Below, one piece after another: positions 9,578 to 19,022 of a stretch of DNA of 64,000 nucleotides. The stretch lies in the NCBI GenBank assembly GCA_944391615.1, contig CALXUE010000004.1, positions 10,212 through 74,211 of the forward strand. Direction: 5' to 3'. A model generated the notes under the pieces. The model had not been told where the DNA came from. It searched no databases and worked only from the letters and a program-made list of their open reading frames with translations. Position 1 is the stretch's first letter. Each line of letters starts with the position of its first letter. Made by a program: the position numbers and the translations under genes. The stretch is from an uncultured Alphaproteobacteria bacterium (GTDB taxonomy: Bacteria; Pseudomonadota; Alphaproteobacteria; RF32; CAG-239).

Positions 9578-10723
9578 ATGAACAAGAAAATAATACTTGG
9601 GCTAAGTTTGGCTTTATTATACAGCGCTTCGGTGCAAGCCATGGAATTTAAGCATGGCCCGTGGACAATAAACGCAGGTGTTAACGCAACAGTATTGTAC
9701 GGTTATAACAAATATCAAAAAAAATATGACATACAAAATAATCAAGATGAAACCTATTCATCGGTTTATGTAACTTTATCGGCCGCCTATAATTTTAACG
9801 ATGATTATCAGCTGGCATTGTATTATTTGCCAAATTCTTCAGGAACATCATATTTGAAAGATTATGAAGGCCATGAATGGATAAACCAAGCATACGGAGC
9901 ATTACAAACGCCTTATGGACAAATACAAGCAGGCCCGAACTATAACGTCGCTTATCAATTTTATGTCGGAGCACCGGTTTTAGCACCATTATATGTCAAT
10001 AATTCTGCAATCACAGACTTTTTAGACAACCCGAACTGGGACCGAGACGGAGGCCCGACGGCATTTTATCCCACATTAAATTCAACACAGTTAGATTCTG
10101 ACAGCATCGCAAACAAGTTTACCTATATATCACCGACAGTGTATGGCACAAGCTTTGGTTTTTCGTATATGCCGCAAGCTTACAACAATCAGGGAATGAT
10201 TAGCGGTTATGCTCCATATCGCAATGAAGAAGCTTATGTTTTTGCATTGTCAAATGAATATAATTTGGGAGAAGTAACCATTTCATCCTACGCCGGATAT
10301 GGAATATATGTAAATAGCAATGAAGATTTAGGTTTAGGTATGAGCGTTTCATATAAGGGCTGGAACATCGGTGGTTCATATCGTCAAACCAATGTCACGG
10401 GAGACGACGACCCCCTAAATATTCAAATAGACCCAACCCTAACGCCGGATTTTTATGATGGCTACAGAGAAGGTTATGCCTGGAACATCGGCGCAAGTTA
10501 TACTTATGAAAAATGGACGACAGCCTTAACATATTTTGAGGCCAAAGCGAAAAGAACCAAAAACAGAGACCAGTACGTTCAGTTTTTGAATCAATATGCC
10601 TTGAATGATCATCTGACCTTGTATGCAGCATTAGCACATGTCAGATTTAGAGGAATGACCAATACACCGGCAGATTCCAACAAAGGTTATAGTTTGATAG
10701 GAGGCTTTAGTATTAGCATATAA
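9578..10723 (+). CDS. Putative outer-membrane beta-barrel protein (porin-like)
   Basis: Signal peptide MNKKIILGLSLALLYSASVQA. Aromatic/Gly-rich alternating strands. 381 aa. Confidence 0.45.
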   Translation: MNKKIILGLSLALLYSASVQAMEFKHGPWTINAGVNATVLYGYNKYQKKYDIQNNQDETYSSVYVTLSAAYNFNDDYQLALYYLPNSSGTSYLKDYEGHEWINQAYGALQTPYGQIQAGPNYNVAYQFYVGAPVLAPLYVNNSAITDFLDNPNWDRDGGPTAFYPTLNSTQLDSDSIANKFTYISPTVYGTSFGFSYMPQAYNNQGMISGYAPYRNEEAYVFALSNEYNLGEVTISSYAGYGIYVNSNEDLGLGMSVSYKGWNIGGSYRQTNVTGDDDPLNIQIDPTLTPDFYDGYREGYAWNIGASYTYEKWTTALTYFEAKAKRTKNRDQYVQFLNQYALNDHLTLYAALAHVRFRGMTNTPADSNKGYSLIGGFSISI

Positions 10724-10800
10724 CATTTATCAAAATAGCATTTACAAATTATCATCAAATGTGCTAATCTAAAAACAAGATAAAAGGGGAGGATAAGCAC

Positions 10801-11142
10801 ATGAAAAAGATTATGTTAATGTTTTTGAGTGTTATTTTGTCTGGTTGCGCAACCCAAGAGCCCAAAACATATCCTTACGGAATGACGGAAGAAGAATGGA
10901 ACGAACTATCCATTAAAGATAAAGCTACTATCCGCCGTGATTTTTACTTTGTAGAAAAAGGGCAAATGGGGCTGATAAATCCGGAGCTTAATATTGAAGG
11001 CAAAGACGGCAGTTCATCAGAGAGCAAAGGGCAATCTCAGTTTCAGGCGCAGTCTCCCTCAAACTATGTATCAGATCCGGATGTTCCTGAAATTAGCTTT
11101 GAACCACAGCAAAACTATCAACCGGAACGTTTAATTCATTAA
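10801..11142 (+). CDS. Small lipoprotein
   Basis: Lipobox LSGC after the signal MKKIMLMFLSVI. 113 aa. Hydrophilic mature part. Confidence 0.55.
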   Translation: MKKIMLMFLSVILSGCATQEPKTYPYGMTEEEWNELSIKDKATIRRDFYFVEKGQMGLINPELNIEGKDGSSSESKGQSQFQAQSPSNYVSDPDVPEISFEPQQNYQPERLIH

Positions 11143-11150
11143 TAAAAAAA

Positions 11151-11183
11151 GAACTCGTTTTTTAGAAAACGGGTTCTTTTTTC
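11151..11183. terminator. Bidirectional rho-independent terminator
   Basis: Nine-bp stem gaactcgtt/aacgggttc (one G-T wobble) flanked by an A7 run on one side and a T6 run on the other, between convergent genes. Confidence 0.6.
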
Positions 11184-11196
11184 TGCGTTAATAATT

Positions 11197-12312
11197 TTAT
11201 TTGTTTAAGTCATGGGCCAGTTTGTCGAGAAAACGGGTTTGAATTTCGGCAATCTGCTTAACGCTGTCAACTTCCACATATTCGCCGTTAGCGTGCATAC
11301 CTTCACCCGTGCCCGAATGCATAATCACGATTGACCCGCGAAGAGCAAAGGAGCGAGAATCAGTTGCCCCGCCAATATGTTCAAACGCAATTTTTTTGCC
11401 CAAAATATCCTCAGCAAACTTTTTATAATCTAAAATATAAGGGTTAGCTTCATCCATCACGACAGGCGTGCTTTCTGAAACAATTTTGTAAGTAACACCA
11501 TTTTCCATACATTTATCCAGATTCTTTTTGAGGTTTTCAACGCTGGAATTTTCAGTCAAACGAAAATCAAGCAAGGCTTCAGCGTAGTTAGAAATCACAT
11601 TAGAAACCTGCCCGCCCTCAATTTTTGCAAAATGTACGGTATCAAACCAAGTGTCCTTGGGTTGTGGCAATTCTTTGGAATAATAAGGATAAATTTTGCG
11701 AATATTCTGCCAAACCTGCATCAACTTTTCATTAGCATCGATTCCCTCCCAAGGGGTAGAGCCATGTGCTTCTTTGCCTTCGGAGATAATTTTAACAAAC
11801 ACGGGGTTTTTGCATTTTGTTACCAGTTTGAGAATATCACCGCCGACATCGTTGTCTAACACGATTTTAGATTTCAGGTTTGGATGTGCATTCATAAAGG
11901 CGTGCGTGCTAGCACTGCCTTTTTCTTCATCGGTAGAGAGAATAACGGCAAATTTAATCGGCAGCTTGTTTTGCAACACATGGAACATGGAGTTAAAAGC
12001 CACGGCAGCAAAAGACTTCATATCCAAAGTCCCACGCCCAAACATTTTTCCGTTTTCAATATAAGGGTGAAACATTTTTTCTTCAGCCGGCACCACATCC
12101 AAATGCCCAAGACAAACCACATCATAATCATTAGTGTCGATATTGCGGATAAATAACACCGGAGAGGCATTTTCAAAGCGGCAAATATCAATTTTTGCCT
12201 CTGTTCCGCTAAACAAATTTTTGGCATAATCCAAACAATTATCAATCTCTGTGGCGTTGCCAGTTTCGGTTTTAAAAGAAATAAGCTGTTCAATCGTCTT
12301 AATTAAATCCAT
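11197..12312 (-). CDS. M20-family metallopeptidase (ArgE/DapE-like deacylase)
   Basis: Metal-binding motifs LGHLDVVP and GRGTLDMK. 371 aa. Confidence 0.7.
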   Translation of the reverse strand: MDLIKTIEQLISFKTETGNATEIDNCLDYAKNLFSGTEAKIDICRFENASPVLFIRNIDTNDYDVVCLGHLDVVPAEEKMFHPYIENGKMFGRGTLDMKSFAAVAFNSMFHVLQNKLPIKFAVILSTDEEKGSASTHAFMNAHPNLKSKIVLDNDVGGDILKLVTKCKNPVFVKIISEGKEAHGSTPWEGIDANEKLMQVWQNIRKIYPYYSKELPQPKDTWFDTVHFAKIEGGQVSNVISNYAEALLDFRLTENSSVENLKKNLDKCMENGVTYKIVSESTPVVMDEANPYILDYKKFAEDILGKKIAFEHIGGATDSRSFALRGSIVIMHSGTGEGMHANGEYVEVDSVKQIAEIQTRFLDKLAHDLNK

Positions 12313-12404
12313 TTTTATACCCTCTTTAGCAATTTTTTTACGCTTTTAAGATATTATAAGCCACAAATATAATAAGAAAAGATTAAAAAACAGTAGGTGG
12401 CAAA

Positions 12405-12920
12405 ATGAAATCGGTATGGATTGCGGTTATAACATTTGTAATGTTTGTGATGACCATAGGAATGGCCAACGCGCAAGAACAAGAAGAAGGAGAAGAAACA
12501 GGCTTGGCCTTGCCGCGTATGGTATCTTTGCGCTCAAATTTAATCAATGCACGTTCCGGCCCCGGAGCACGTTATCCAATCGAATGGGTTTACCAGCAAA
12601 AGGGTGCACCGGTTGAAATCACAGCAGAATTTGAACTTTGGCGCAAGATTAAAGACTGGGAAGGTTCACAAACCTGGGTCCATAAATCGATGTTGTCCGG
12701 AGCCAGAACCATCAAAATAACCGCAAAAGGCTTGAGCAATGTCTATGCCTCAGATGACTACCAGTCACGTATAATTGCCAAGGTTGAGGATCAAGTTATC
12801 GGTCAGGTTGAAAAATGTCCCTCTGGCAGTGCTTTTTGCTTGATAAAATTCGGTAATATTGAGGGCTGGGTGCCGCGCCGCAATATGTTTGGCGTTTATG
12901 CCGATGAGGTAATTGATTAA
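12405..12920 (+). CDS. Secreted SH3-like domain protein
   Basis: Signal peptide MKSVWIAVITFVMFVMTIGMANA. Bacterial SH3-like segments (…YPIEWVYQQKGAPVEI…, …GWVPRRNMF…). Confidence 0.45.
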   Translation: MKSVWIAVITFVMFVMTIGMANAQEQEEGEETGLALPRMVSLRSNLINARSGPGARYPIEWVYQQKGAPVEITAEFELWRKIKDWEGSQTWVHKSMLSGARTIKITAKGLSNVYASDDYQSRIIAKVEDQVIGQVEKCPSGSAFCLIKFGNIEGWVPRRNMFGVYADEVID

Positions 12921-13025
12921 AAAAGGATAAGCTCTGGACAAGTTTTCAGGGCTTTTTTCTTGCGCAAAAATTTTTTTATGCTATATTCCAATGCGCAATT
13001 ATTTATCATTAAAATATTATTAAGT

Positions 13026-13604
13026 ATGGAAAAACATTTTTATTTATGCCGTCACGGCCAAACAGATGCCAACAAACAACGCCTATTGCAGGGCACAAGT
13101 GTTGACTTAACCTTGAATGAAACCGGTATTTTGCAGGCCAAAAGCTTGCTGAACAAGCTAGCAGACAAAAACATTGAGCTTGTTGTCAGCAGTGCCTTAA
13201 AACGCGCCAAACAAACCGGAAATATTCTAGCTAATGGTCTCAAAGTTGACAATTTGATGGATTCCCGCTTGAACGAGTGTAATTTTGGTAAATTTGAAGG
13301 TTTGCCGATAGAAACCATAAAGGAAAAACATACCAGACTGTATGATTTGTGGATTTATCCTGCTCTGGATACATTTTCAACCAAATTTCCGGGGGGAGAA
13401 ACGCAACAGCATGCCTATAACCGCTTTATGTCTGTCTTAGGAGATATGATGAAATTGCGTGAAACAAACATCGCGATTATATCGCACGGCGGCATTATCG
13501 GCTTGGTACTGGCCTCATTGAAGCAGAAAAAATGCACTTTGCCTAACTGTGACTTTTGCCATCTGACATATGATGGAAAAAAGTTATCAATTATTGAAGA
13601 TTAA
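13026..13604 (+). CDS. Histidine phosphatase superfamily (phosphoglycerate-mutase-like) protein
   Basis: Catalytic RHGQT motif at the N-terminus (FYLCRHGQTDAN). I chose the start at MEKHFY (13026) over the upstream track start at 12960. Confidence 0.7.
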   Translation: MEKHFYLCRHGQTDANKQRLLQGTSVDLTLNETGILQAKSLLNKLADKNIELVVSSALKRAKQTGNILANGLKVDNLMDSRLNECNFGKFEGLPIETIKEKHTRLYDLWIYPALDTFSTKFPGGETQQHAYNRFMSVLGDMMKLRETNIAIISHGGIIGLVLASLKQKKCTLPNCDFCHLTYDGKKLSIIED

Positions 13605-13615
13605 ACCAAACAAAA

Positions 13616-13646
13616 AACCGAGAGTTAAAAAACTTTCGGTTTTTTG
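13616..13646. terminator. Bidirectional rho-independent terminator
   Basis: Stem aaccgagag/cttttcggtt (one G-T wobble) with an A-run before it and a T-run after it, between convergent genes. Confidence 0.55.
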
Positions 13647-13647
13647 T

Positions 13648-14550
13648 TTACCGCTCCAAAGAATTTTTTGAAAAAGGAAGATAAGTTTCTATTCCGGCAT
13701 ATTTTTTGAGTCTTTCCGGCATATTAAAATCAAAATTTATCGCTGAAGATAAGTGGTAGATTTTACCGCCTTTTTCAAAGGAGGTATAAGCCTCTAAAAG
13801 TTCGTTAAACATCAAATGCTTGTTGTCAATCTTGCGATTTTTTGTGATACTGTTGTATTGGTCAAGTTGAGCGGCAAAGTCGCTGCCTTCATCCTGATAA
13901 TAGTGCTTTTTGTTTTCATCTTTGAGCCAGTTTTGTTGAGTATGGCTGACAATTTGCTTCATATCCTCTTGAGAAGTTGGATTTTGTGCGATGATTTGCT
14001 CTTTAGAAGAAGCAAAAATTTCATCAACAAAACGTAGTTTCAAAAAATCCTCAGGAGAGAGCTTTAAGTTTGCAAATATTTTATGTATTTCAAGAAAAGC
14101 AATTTTGTTGTCCAAATGTGTGAGTTCGTGCGCTACCGAAAGAACCGGATTCTGAGCCTTAATTTTTTCAAAATGTTTAAGAAAAACATCAATTTGCTTT
14201 TTATCTTGGGCAGATAAAGATTCTTTAAGTGAGTCATCAATTGTGAGCATATACCCATAAACCGTAATTTGCGGAAAGCCCACATCCTTAAAACCGGCAA
14301 GAGTTTTGGGCAAAGGCTGATTTTGGTTAGATATATCTTTCAACACGAGAGAGCCATCTTTTTCATCCCGCTTAATGGTATAAACCATCGGGTAATAGAG
14401 CAAACGCAAGCCCTTGTCTTTTTGCTTTTGAGAGATAAGACTGTCGGGATACGAAAATTCATCCGACCACACCAAGGGAGAAGTCCCTTTCGCTATATAG
14501 AAAGCCTCTTTTCCGCCGCATTTATTTTTTAGTCTGTTTACAAAAGGCAT
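13648..14550 (-). CDS. Hypothetical HExxH-motif protein (possible zincin-like metalloprotease)
   Basis: VAHELTHLDNKIAFLE contains HExxH plus a downstream Glu. The track start at 14565 is a TTG. The ATG at 14550 (MPFVNRL…) has a GAGG Shine-Dalgarno and an extended -10 (TGtTATAAT) about 30 nt upstream. Confidence 0.4.
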   Translation of the reverse strand: MPFVNRLKNKCGGKEAFYIAKGTSPLVWSDEFSYPDSLISQKQKDKGLRLLYYPMVYTIKRDEKDGSLVLKDISNQNQPLPKTLAGFKDVGFPQITVYGYMLTIDDSLKESLSAQDKKQIDVFLKHFEKIKAQNPVLSVAHELTHLDNKIAFLEIHKIFANLKLSPEDFLKLRFVDEIFASSKEQIIAQNPTSQEDMKQIVSHTQQNWLKDENKKHYYQDEGSDFAAQLDQYNSITKNRKIDNKHLMFNELLEAYTSFEKGGKIYHLSSAINFDFNMPERLKKYAGIETYLPFSKNSLER

Positions 14551-14580
14551 AAAGCAAAACCTCAAAACAATATTTTATAT

Positions 14581-14590
14581 ATTATAACAC
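14581..14590 (-). promoter_or_regulatory. Extended -10 promoter element (TGnTATAAT) for the HExxH gene
   Basis: The reverse complement reads gTGtTATAAT. It lies immediately downstream of the terminator hairpin of the preceding gene. Confidence 0.4.
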
Positions 14591-14619
14591 AAAAAAATCT
14601 CAGGAAAAGCTCCTGAGAT
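14591..14619 (-). terminator. Rho-independent terminator of the NMO-like gene
   Basis: Stem atctcagga/tcctgagat with loop aaagc, and an A7 run on the plus strand, which is a T-run for the minus-strand transcript. Confidence 0.6.
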
Positions 14620-14633
14620 TAAAAAATTTTTTA

Positions 14634-16022
14634 CTACTGACCAAGTTTAATTTTTTCAATAAGCTCTTTAACCGATGGAATACCGTTTCGATACAAAGGA
14701 TCTGTTGCAAAACGATAAACCTGATGGCCGGCAAACAGCAAATGATCTTTAACACTGCCGCCATGCCCGACCTCATAGAGCGTTTTGTGAATACAATAAG
14801 ACCGCGGGTCAGGGAGTTTTCCGGTCGTACCATTCGCACGAGACCAAGTTGAGAATTGGCATTGCGACAAACATCCCACACATCCGGCCCGATCTTTTTT
14901 CATCTGAGCCACTTCTTGTGGTGTCATAAACACAACAGTAGAATCAGGCGTTTCTTGAATATCGGTAAAACCGGCCGAAAGTTGCTTTTCAGCCTTAGGC
15001 GCATCGGAAGGTTTAATAAAAACCGTACGATGCTCACTCATCTGTAACGGGTGAGAAAATTCGGCATCTGCCTCATTTTTGAAAGCAACTTCTCCATTTT
15101 TGCGCTCAATCAAACGCTCCAAGAAAGTATTTTTGATGGCAGAAGAGAAGAACCCTGTCGGACTGAATTTTTGCAAGATAACATCACCCTTTTTCACTTG
15201 CATCATCACCTTTTTCCACGCATCGCTGATAGGGCTTTCTTTGGTAATCATAGGACGCGTTCCGAATTGAAAAGCGATTTTGCCGATTTCCGGATTGTCA
15301 ATATAATCTTTCCATTCATCCAAGGACCAAACACCGCCGGCCAAAATAATCGGCAAGTCTTTAAGATTGATGGATGTCAAAAATTTTCTGAGCTCAACCA
15401 AGCGCTGATAGGGCTTTTGCGGCTGATTCGGATCTTCAGCATTAGACAAACCATTATGTCCGCCGGCAAGCCATGGGTCTTCATAAACCACGCCGCCAAG
15501 ATAATCCGTAAATTTAGAATAAGCTCTTTTCCACAAAACCTGAAAGGCGCGAGCAGAAGAAACAATCGGGTAATAATAGACCCCGAAACGAGAAGCCAAT
15601 TCACCCAAATGATAAGGCAATCCGGCTCCGCAAGTAATACCGTTAATCAAACCTTTGGCCCGTTCCAACACGCCGGAAATAATGCGTTCGGAATCAGCCA
15701 TTTCCCAAAGCATATTCATATGAATACGGCCGTTTCCGTTAGAAATTTCATGAGCCACTTCCGCCTGAGCGACACCGCCTTTAATAGCATATTCAATCAT
15801 TTCTTCATGACGGTCTTTTCTGATTTTTTTCATAAAAGTCTCAATAACGACATTACCTTTATCGTCATAAAAGTCCGGAGAAACTCCCGAAAACGTACCC
15901 ACACAGTTTTCTCTCGCCCAAGCACCTGAGCTAAAGCCGTTGCTGCCGTTAATACCCTTTCCACCTTCAATCAAAGGCAAAACTTCTTTTCCGGAGAGCA
16001 TAATCGGATTTAAATTAATCAT
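14634..16022 (-). CDS. Nitronate monooxygenase / FabK-like FMN oxidoreductase with a C-terminal Cys-containing extension
   Basis: TIM-barrel NMO signatures (GITCGAGLP, IILAGGVWS) in the first 330 aa or so. About 130 extra C-terminal residues include CVGCLSQC. Confidence 0.6.
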   Translation of the reverse strand: MINLNPIMLSGKEVLPLIEGGKGINGSNGFSSGAWARENCVGTFSGVSPDFYDDKGNVVIETFMKKIRKDRHEEMIEYAIKGGVAQAEVAHEISNGNGRIHMNMLWEMADSERIISGVLERAKGLINGITCGAGLPYHLGELASRFGVYYYPIVSSARAFQVLWKRAYSKFTDYLGGVVYEDPWLAGGHNGLSNAEDPNQPQKPYQRLVELRKFLTSINLKDLPIILAGGVWSLDEWKDYIDNPEIGKIAFQFGTRPMITKESPISDAWKKVMMQVKKGDVILQKFSPTGFFSSAIKNTFLERLIERKNGEVAFKNEADAEFSHPLQMSEHRTVFIKPSDAPKAEKQLSAGFTDIQETPDSTVVFMTPQEVAQMKKDRAGCVGCLSQCQFSTWSRANGTTGKLPDPRSYCIHKTLYEVGHGGSVKDHLLFAGHQVYRFATDPLYRNGIPSVKELIEKIKLGQ

Positions 16023-16113
16023 ATCAATGTTCCCAAATATCTATTTAAACTAGAGGGAGCTTAACATAAAAAATTATAAAAGTGTAGTTTAAATATAAAT
16101 TTTTTCTACTTTT

Positions 16114-17583
16114 TTATAAAGCAGGTCCAAACAAATCCTGAGGAAACTCATTAAGAAAGATAAGTGCGATAAGAATACAAATAAAGGCATAGACTTGCAG
16201 CATTTGAGCCAAAGCCTTGTTTTGAAGCAAAGGCAGTCTATCACGGTAATGTTTAATAAAACGGTTAATTCCGAAAATAACAAGTGTCGTCAGCAAAGCC
16301 TGAGCGCCATATCCCATTTGATGAAGATTATCTGCCAAAGGCGTTATGATTTTGAACAAAAGTCCAAAAAAGATAAGATAGATAAAAATACCGACACAGG
16401 TCAAACGTTGAATTTTAAGAGCCTCATGGTGTTTTTCGGCTTTATCACGCTCCATATTTTCAACCGAGATGGAAGATATTTCCATACCGCGGAGCATTTG
16501 CGGCGTTTGCATTTGTTTTTTTAAGTCTTGCATATTGCCCTTAAAGCGCTCTTCGGCAATGCAGAGCCCACAGCCTTTGGAAGTAAAATAAGAGTGATTG
16601 GGATTTTTTTTGCATGTTTTAAGGTTTTTGAGCAAATAGCGCAAATGAGCCTGCCATTCTTCAGCCGTTGGCCGCACGCCCCCTTTGGTAAAGGCGCGCT
16701 CAAAAAGTTCCAAGGTTTTAGGGTCAAAATATTCATGAATAGAGTAGGGATGCGGTGCTTGATAAGAATCAGGCCACAAACCGTAAGCATAATGATATTC
16801 TTCAATACGGTTTTGAATAGTCAACATTTCGGAATCAGTTTTGCGCGGCACTCCGGAAAAAGGATGAATACCGTTGTTTAAGAGTTTGAAAATAATAACG
16901 GCAAGTGCAAATTTGTCCTGTTCTTCGCCCATATCGGCGCAGTCAAGTTCCATTCCTTCAGGATAAATATATTCTTCACTAACAAATTCGGCCGGATAAC
17001 GATTACCTTTTTCGCCTTTAATGGAAAAACCATCACAGTCAACCATAGCCACAATCATAGAGTCTTTATAGACTGATACATTAGAGGGCTTTAAATCGAC
17101 AATATAGTGTCCCGCGCGGTGGAGAGCCGCAACCATGGAGGAAACATTATAAGCGGCAAATACACGATAAGAATATTTTTCAGATAAATGTAATTTTTGC
17201 CGAATGGCTTTTTGCATCAAATGATCTAAAGAGACAGCCTCGTCCATATTAATAAACGGCATAATATAGCCGACACAAAAGCCTTTATCATCGTCAAGGA
17301 TGGCAACCGGCCAAGCAATTTGCACATATTCAACGCCATTTTTGACCGCGGGCGGAAAGTTTGGACGATTAAGCAACATGGATTCGAGTTTTTGGCGGTT
17401 TGTCGCGCTTTTATTTTTTGAGTGAAAGATTTTGGCCACATATTGCGGAAACTCTTTAACGCGATAAATTTTACCGGCGGCCCCACCGCGATTAATCATC
17501 TCTGCAAGTGTGATACGTTCAAATTTTCCGTCAGGAAAAATAGCGGCAAAAGCACAACCTTCAAGATTAGAATGTTCAATCAT
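16114..17583 (-). CDS. Ser/Thr protein kinase (TerY-P-type), with a C-terminal triple-TM anchor
   Basis: Hanks-kinase catalytic loop VDLKPSNV, DCDGF (DFG-like). Lys in VAKIFH. CGLC mini-motif. Three hydrophobic helices at the C-terminus. 1-nt TAATG overlap with the upstream PP2C gene. Confidence 0.7.
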   Translation of the reverse strand: MIEHSNLEGCAFAAIFPDGKFERITLAEMINRGGAAGKIYRVKEFPQYVAKIFHSKNKSATNRQKLESMLLNRPNFPPAVKNGVEYVQIAWPVAILDDDKGFCVGYIMPFINMDEAVSLDHLMQKAIRQKLHLSEKYSYRVFAAYNVSSMVAALHRAGHYIVDLKPSNVSVYKDSMIVAMVDCDGFSIKGEKGNRYPAEFVSEEYIYPEGMELDCADMGEEQDKFALAVIIFKLLNNGIHPFSGVPRKTDSEMLTIQNRIEEYHYAYGLWPDSYQAPHPYSIHEYFDPKTLELFERAFTKGGVRPTAEEWQAHLRYLLKNLKTCKKNPNHSYFTSKGCGLCIAEERFKGNMQDLKKQMQTPQMLRGMEISSISVENMERDKAEKHHEALKIQRLTCVGIFIYLIFFGLLFKIITPLADNLHQMGYGAQALLTTLVIFGINRFIKHYRDRLPLLQNKALAQMLQVYAFICILIALIFLNEFPQDLFGPAL

Positions 17584-18338
17584 TATTGCAGCCTCGCCCA
17601 GAGCAGAGTTTTGTCATCGGAATTCAGCCGTTTTGCAATCGGCGTATTAAGCGTGTTAATCAAAGCGCGCACAGCTTTTTGTTTTGAAATATCTTGAGCC
17701 AAAAAATTATTAATCGGCAGCAAAAAGCCTTTTTCTATTCGCTTAAAATCAGGGCTAAAAGCAAAATTTGTGAGTCCGTCGCTCATCAAAAAAATCGTGT
17801 CTACATTATCAAAAGCCGTAAAGCGCAAAGAGTCTTTCCAGTCATCCATAGTATAGAAAAAAGTTTCACAAGAAAAATTTCCGTTTTCAGGGCGAGAAGC
17901 AATAAAATCTTCATATTGAGAAGCATTAAGAGCGATTCCCGCGCCATCACCGATATGAAAAAAAATCCCTTTTCCTTGATGATAAACCGCGCCGACAAGT
18001 GTCGCCGAAAAATCAATCATACCTGATTTATCTTTAGATTTATTAAATCTGTGGCGCATAACCTTAGAACGAGCCACTTCAATAGCATTAATGATATGTG
18101 TTTTAATGTTTTTGAAATCACAATTAGAGAGCAAATCCACCATGGTGTTACAAACAATATTGGCCCCGATTTTGCCATATTGCGCCGAACCAGCACCGTC
18201 AGAGACAACGGCCACAAAATTTTTGCCGCCGACTTTATGCTTAAAACAATCCTGACAAGGAAGTTTTTTATAGCAGTGCATCGGACCGCACACACTGGTA
18301 GCCACGACCTTTATTTTATTGGGATTATTCTTCGTCAT
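17583..18338 (-). CDS. PP2C-family Ser/Thr phosphatase (TerY-P-type)
   Basis: PP2C motifs VVSDGAGS, LMSDGL and HIGDGAG. The track start at 18404 is a GTG overlapping the vWA gene. The ATG at 18338 (MTKNNPNKIKVV…) fits the PP2C N-terminus. Confidence 0.65.
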   Translation of the reverse strand: MTKNNPNKIKVVATSVCGPMHCYKKLPCQDCFKHKVGGKNFVAVVSDGAGSAQYGKIGANIVCNTMVDLLSNCDFKNIKTHIINAIEVARSKVMRHRFNKSKDKSGMIDFSATLVGAVYHQGKGIFFHIGDGAGIALNASQYEDFIASRPENGNFSCETFFYTMDDWKDSLRFTAFDNVDTIFLMSDGLTNFAFSPDFKRIEKGFLLPINNFLAQDISKQKAVRALINTLNTPIAKRLNSDDKTLLWARLQ

Positions 18339-19017
18339 TCCAATCGCCCGTATCATCAAGCAAATCGGGAACATTCGGAGCCGCCTTGGATACGCAGGAC
18401 ACACTTCTGGAGAGCCACAAGAAAAACTCCGTAAACTTCAATCCGGTTAACCTCTTTGGGGAGATGGTTGAAAACTTAGCCAATTTTTCGAGATTCGCCC
18501 CCTGAGTTCCCACCGCATGGATAACCACCTTTTTAGCATTTTGAGCATCGCGGCATTTTTTAGCCACAATTTCCCAGTCATAATCAGTTGGTTCCCCGTC
18601 ACTGATAAGAAAAATCCACGGCCGCTTGGAGGTAATGCCGCAACTATCATAAAGACATTTCTGTTCTTCGATTTTTTGCAAAGCAAGTTCCATAGCTTTG
18701 CCCAAAGGCGTAAGGCCGCCGGCTTCCATAACGGGAGCGGTAAAATTCATGGCATCCACCCAGTCAGAGGTCGTTTCAACCTCATCTTTGCCAAAAGCTT
18801 TGATGATGAGAAGTTGTACACGGGAAGAAGCGTCAATATCGTCCTTGAGTTCATTTTCAAGAGCTTTAAGACCGGCATTAAGCTGCTTGATAGGTTCACC
18901 GCGCATAGAGCCGGAACAATCTAACACCAAAACGCAAGGCGTGCGCTCATTGGCGTTATCGGCAAATTCCACATAAGGGATCATTTCTTCAGGGATTTTA
19001 GAATTTTCATCAACCAT
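18325..19017 (-). CDS. vWA-domain protein, TerY-like
   Basis: MIDAS motif LVLDCSGSM. GLTPLG and ISDGEPTD motifs. 230 aa, typical TerY size. Confidence 0.75.
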   Translation of the reverse strand: MVDENSKIPEEMIPYVEFADNANERTPCVLVLDCSGSMRGEPIKQLNAGLKALENELKDDIDASSRVQLLIIKAFGKDEVETTSDWVDAMNFTAPVMEAGGLTPLGKAMELALQKIEEQKCLYDSCGITSKRPWIFLISDGEPTDYDWEIVAKKCRDAQNAKKVVIHAVGTQGANLEKLAKFSTISPKRLTGLKFTEFFLWLSRSVSCVSKAAPNVPDLLDDTGDWNDEE

Positions 19018-19022
19018 AATTC

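Noticed and set aside
15051-15929. 292-aa plus-strand ORF
   Set aside because: It is entirely antisense to the NMO-like gene, which has clear family motifs. It has no Shine-Dalgarno and unusual composition, so it is a shadow ORF.
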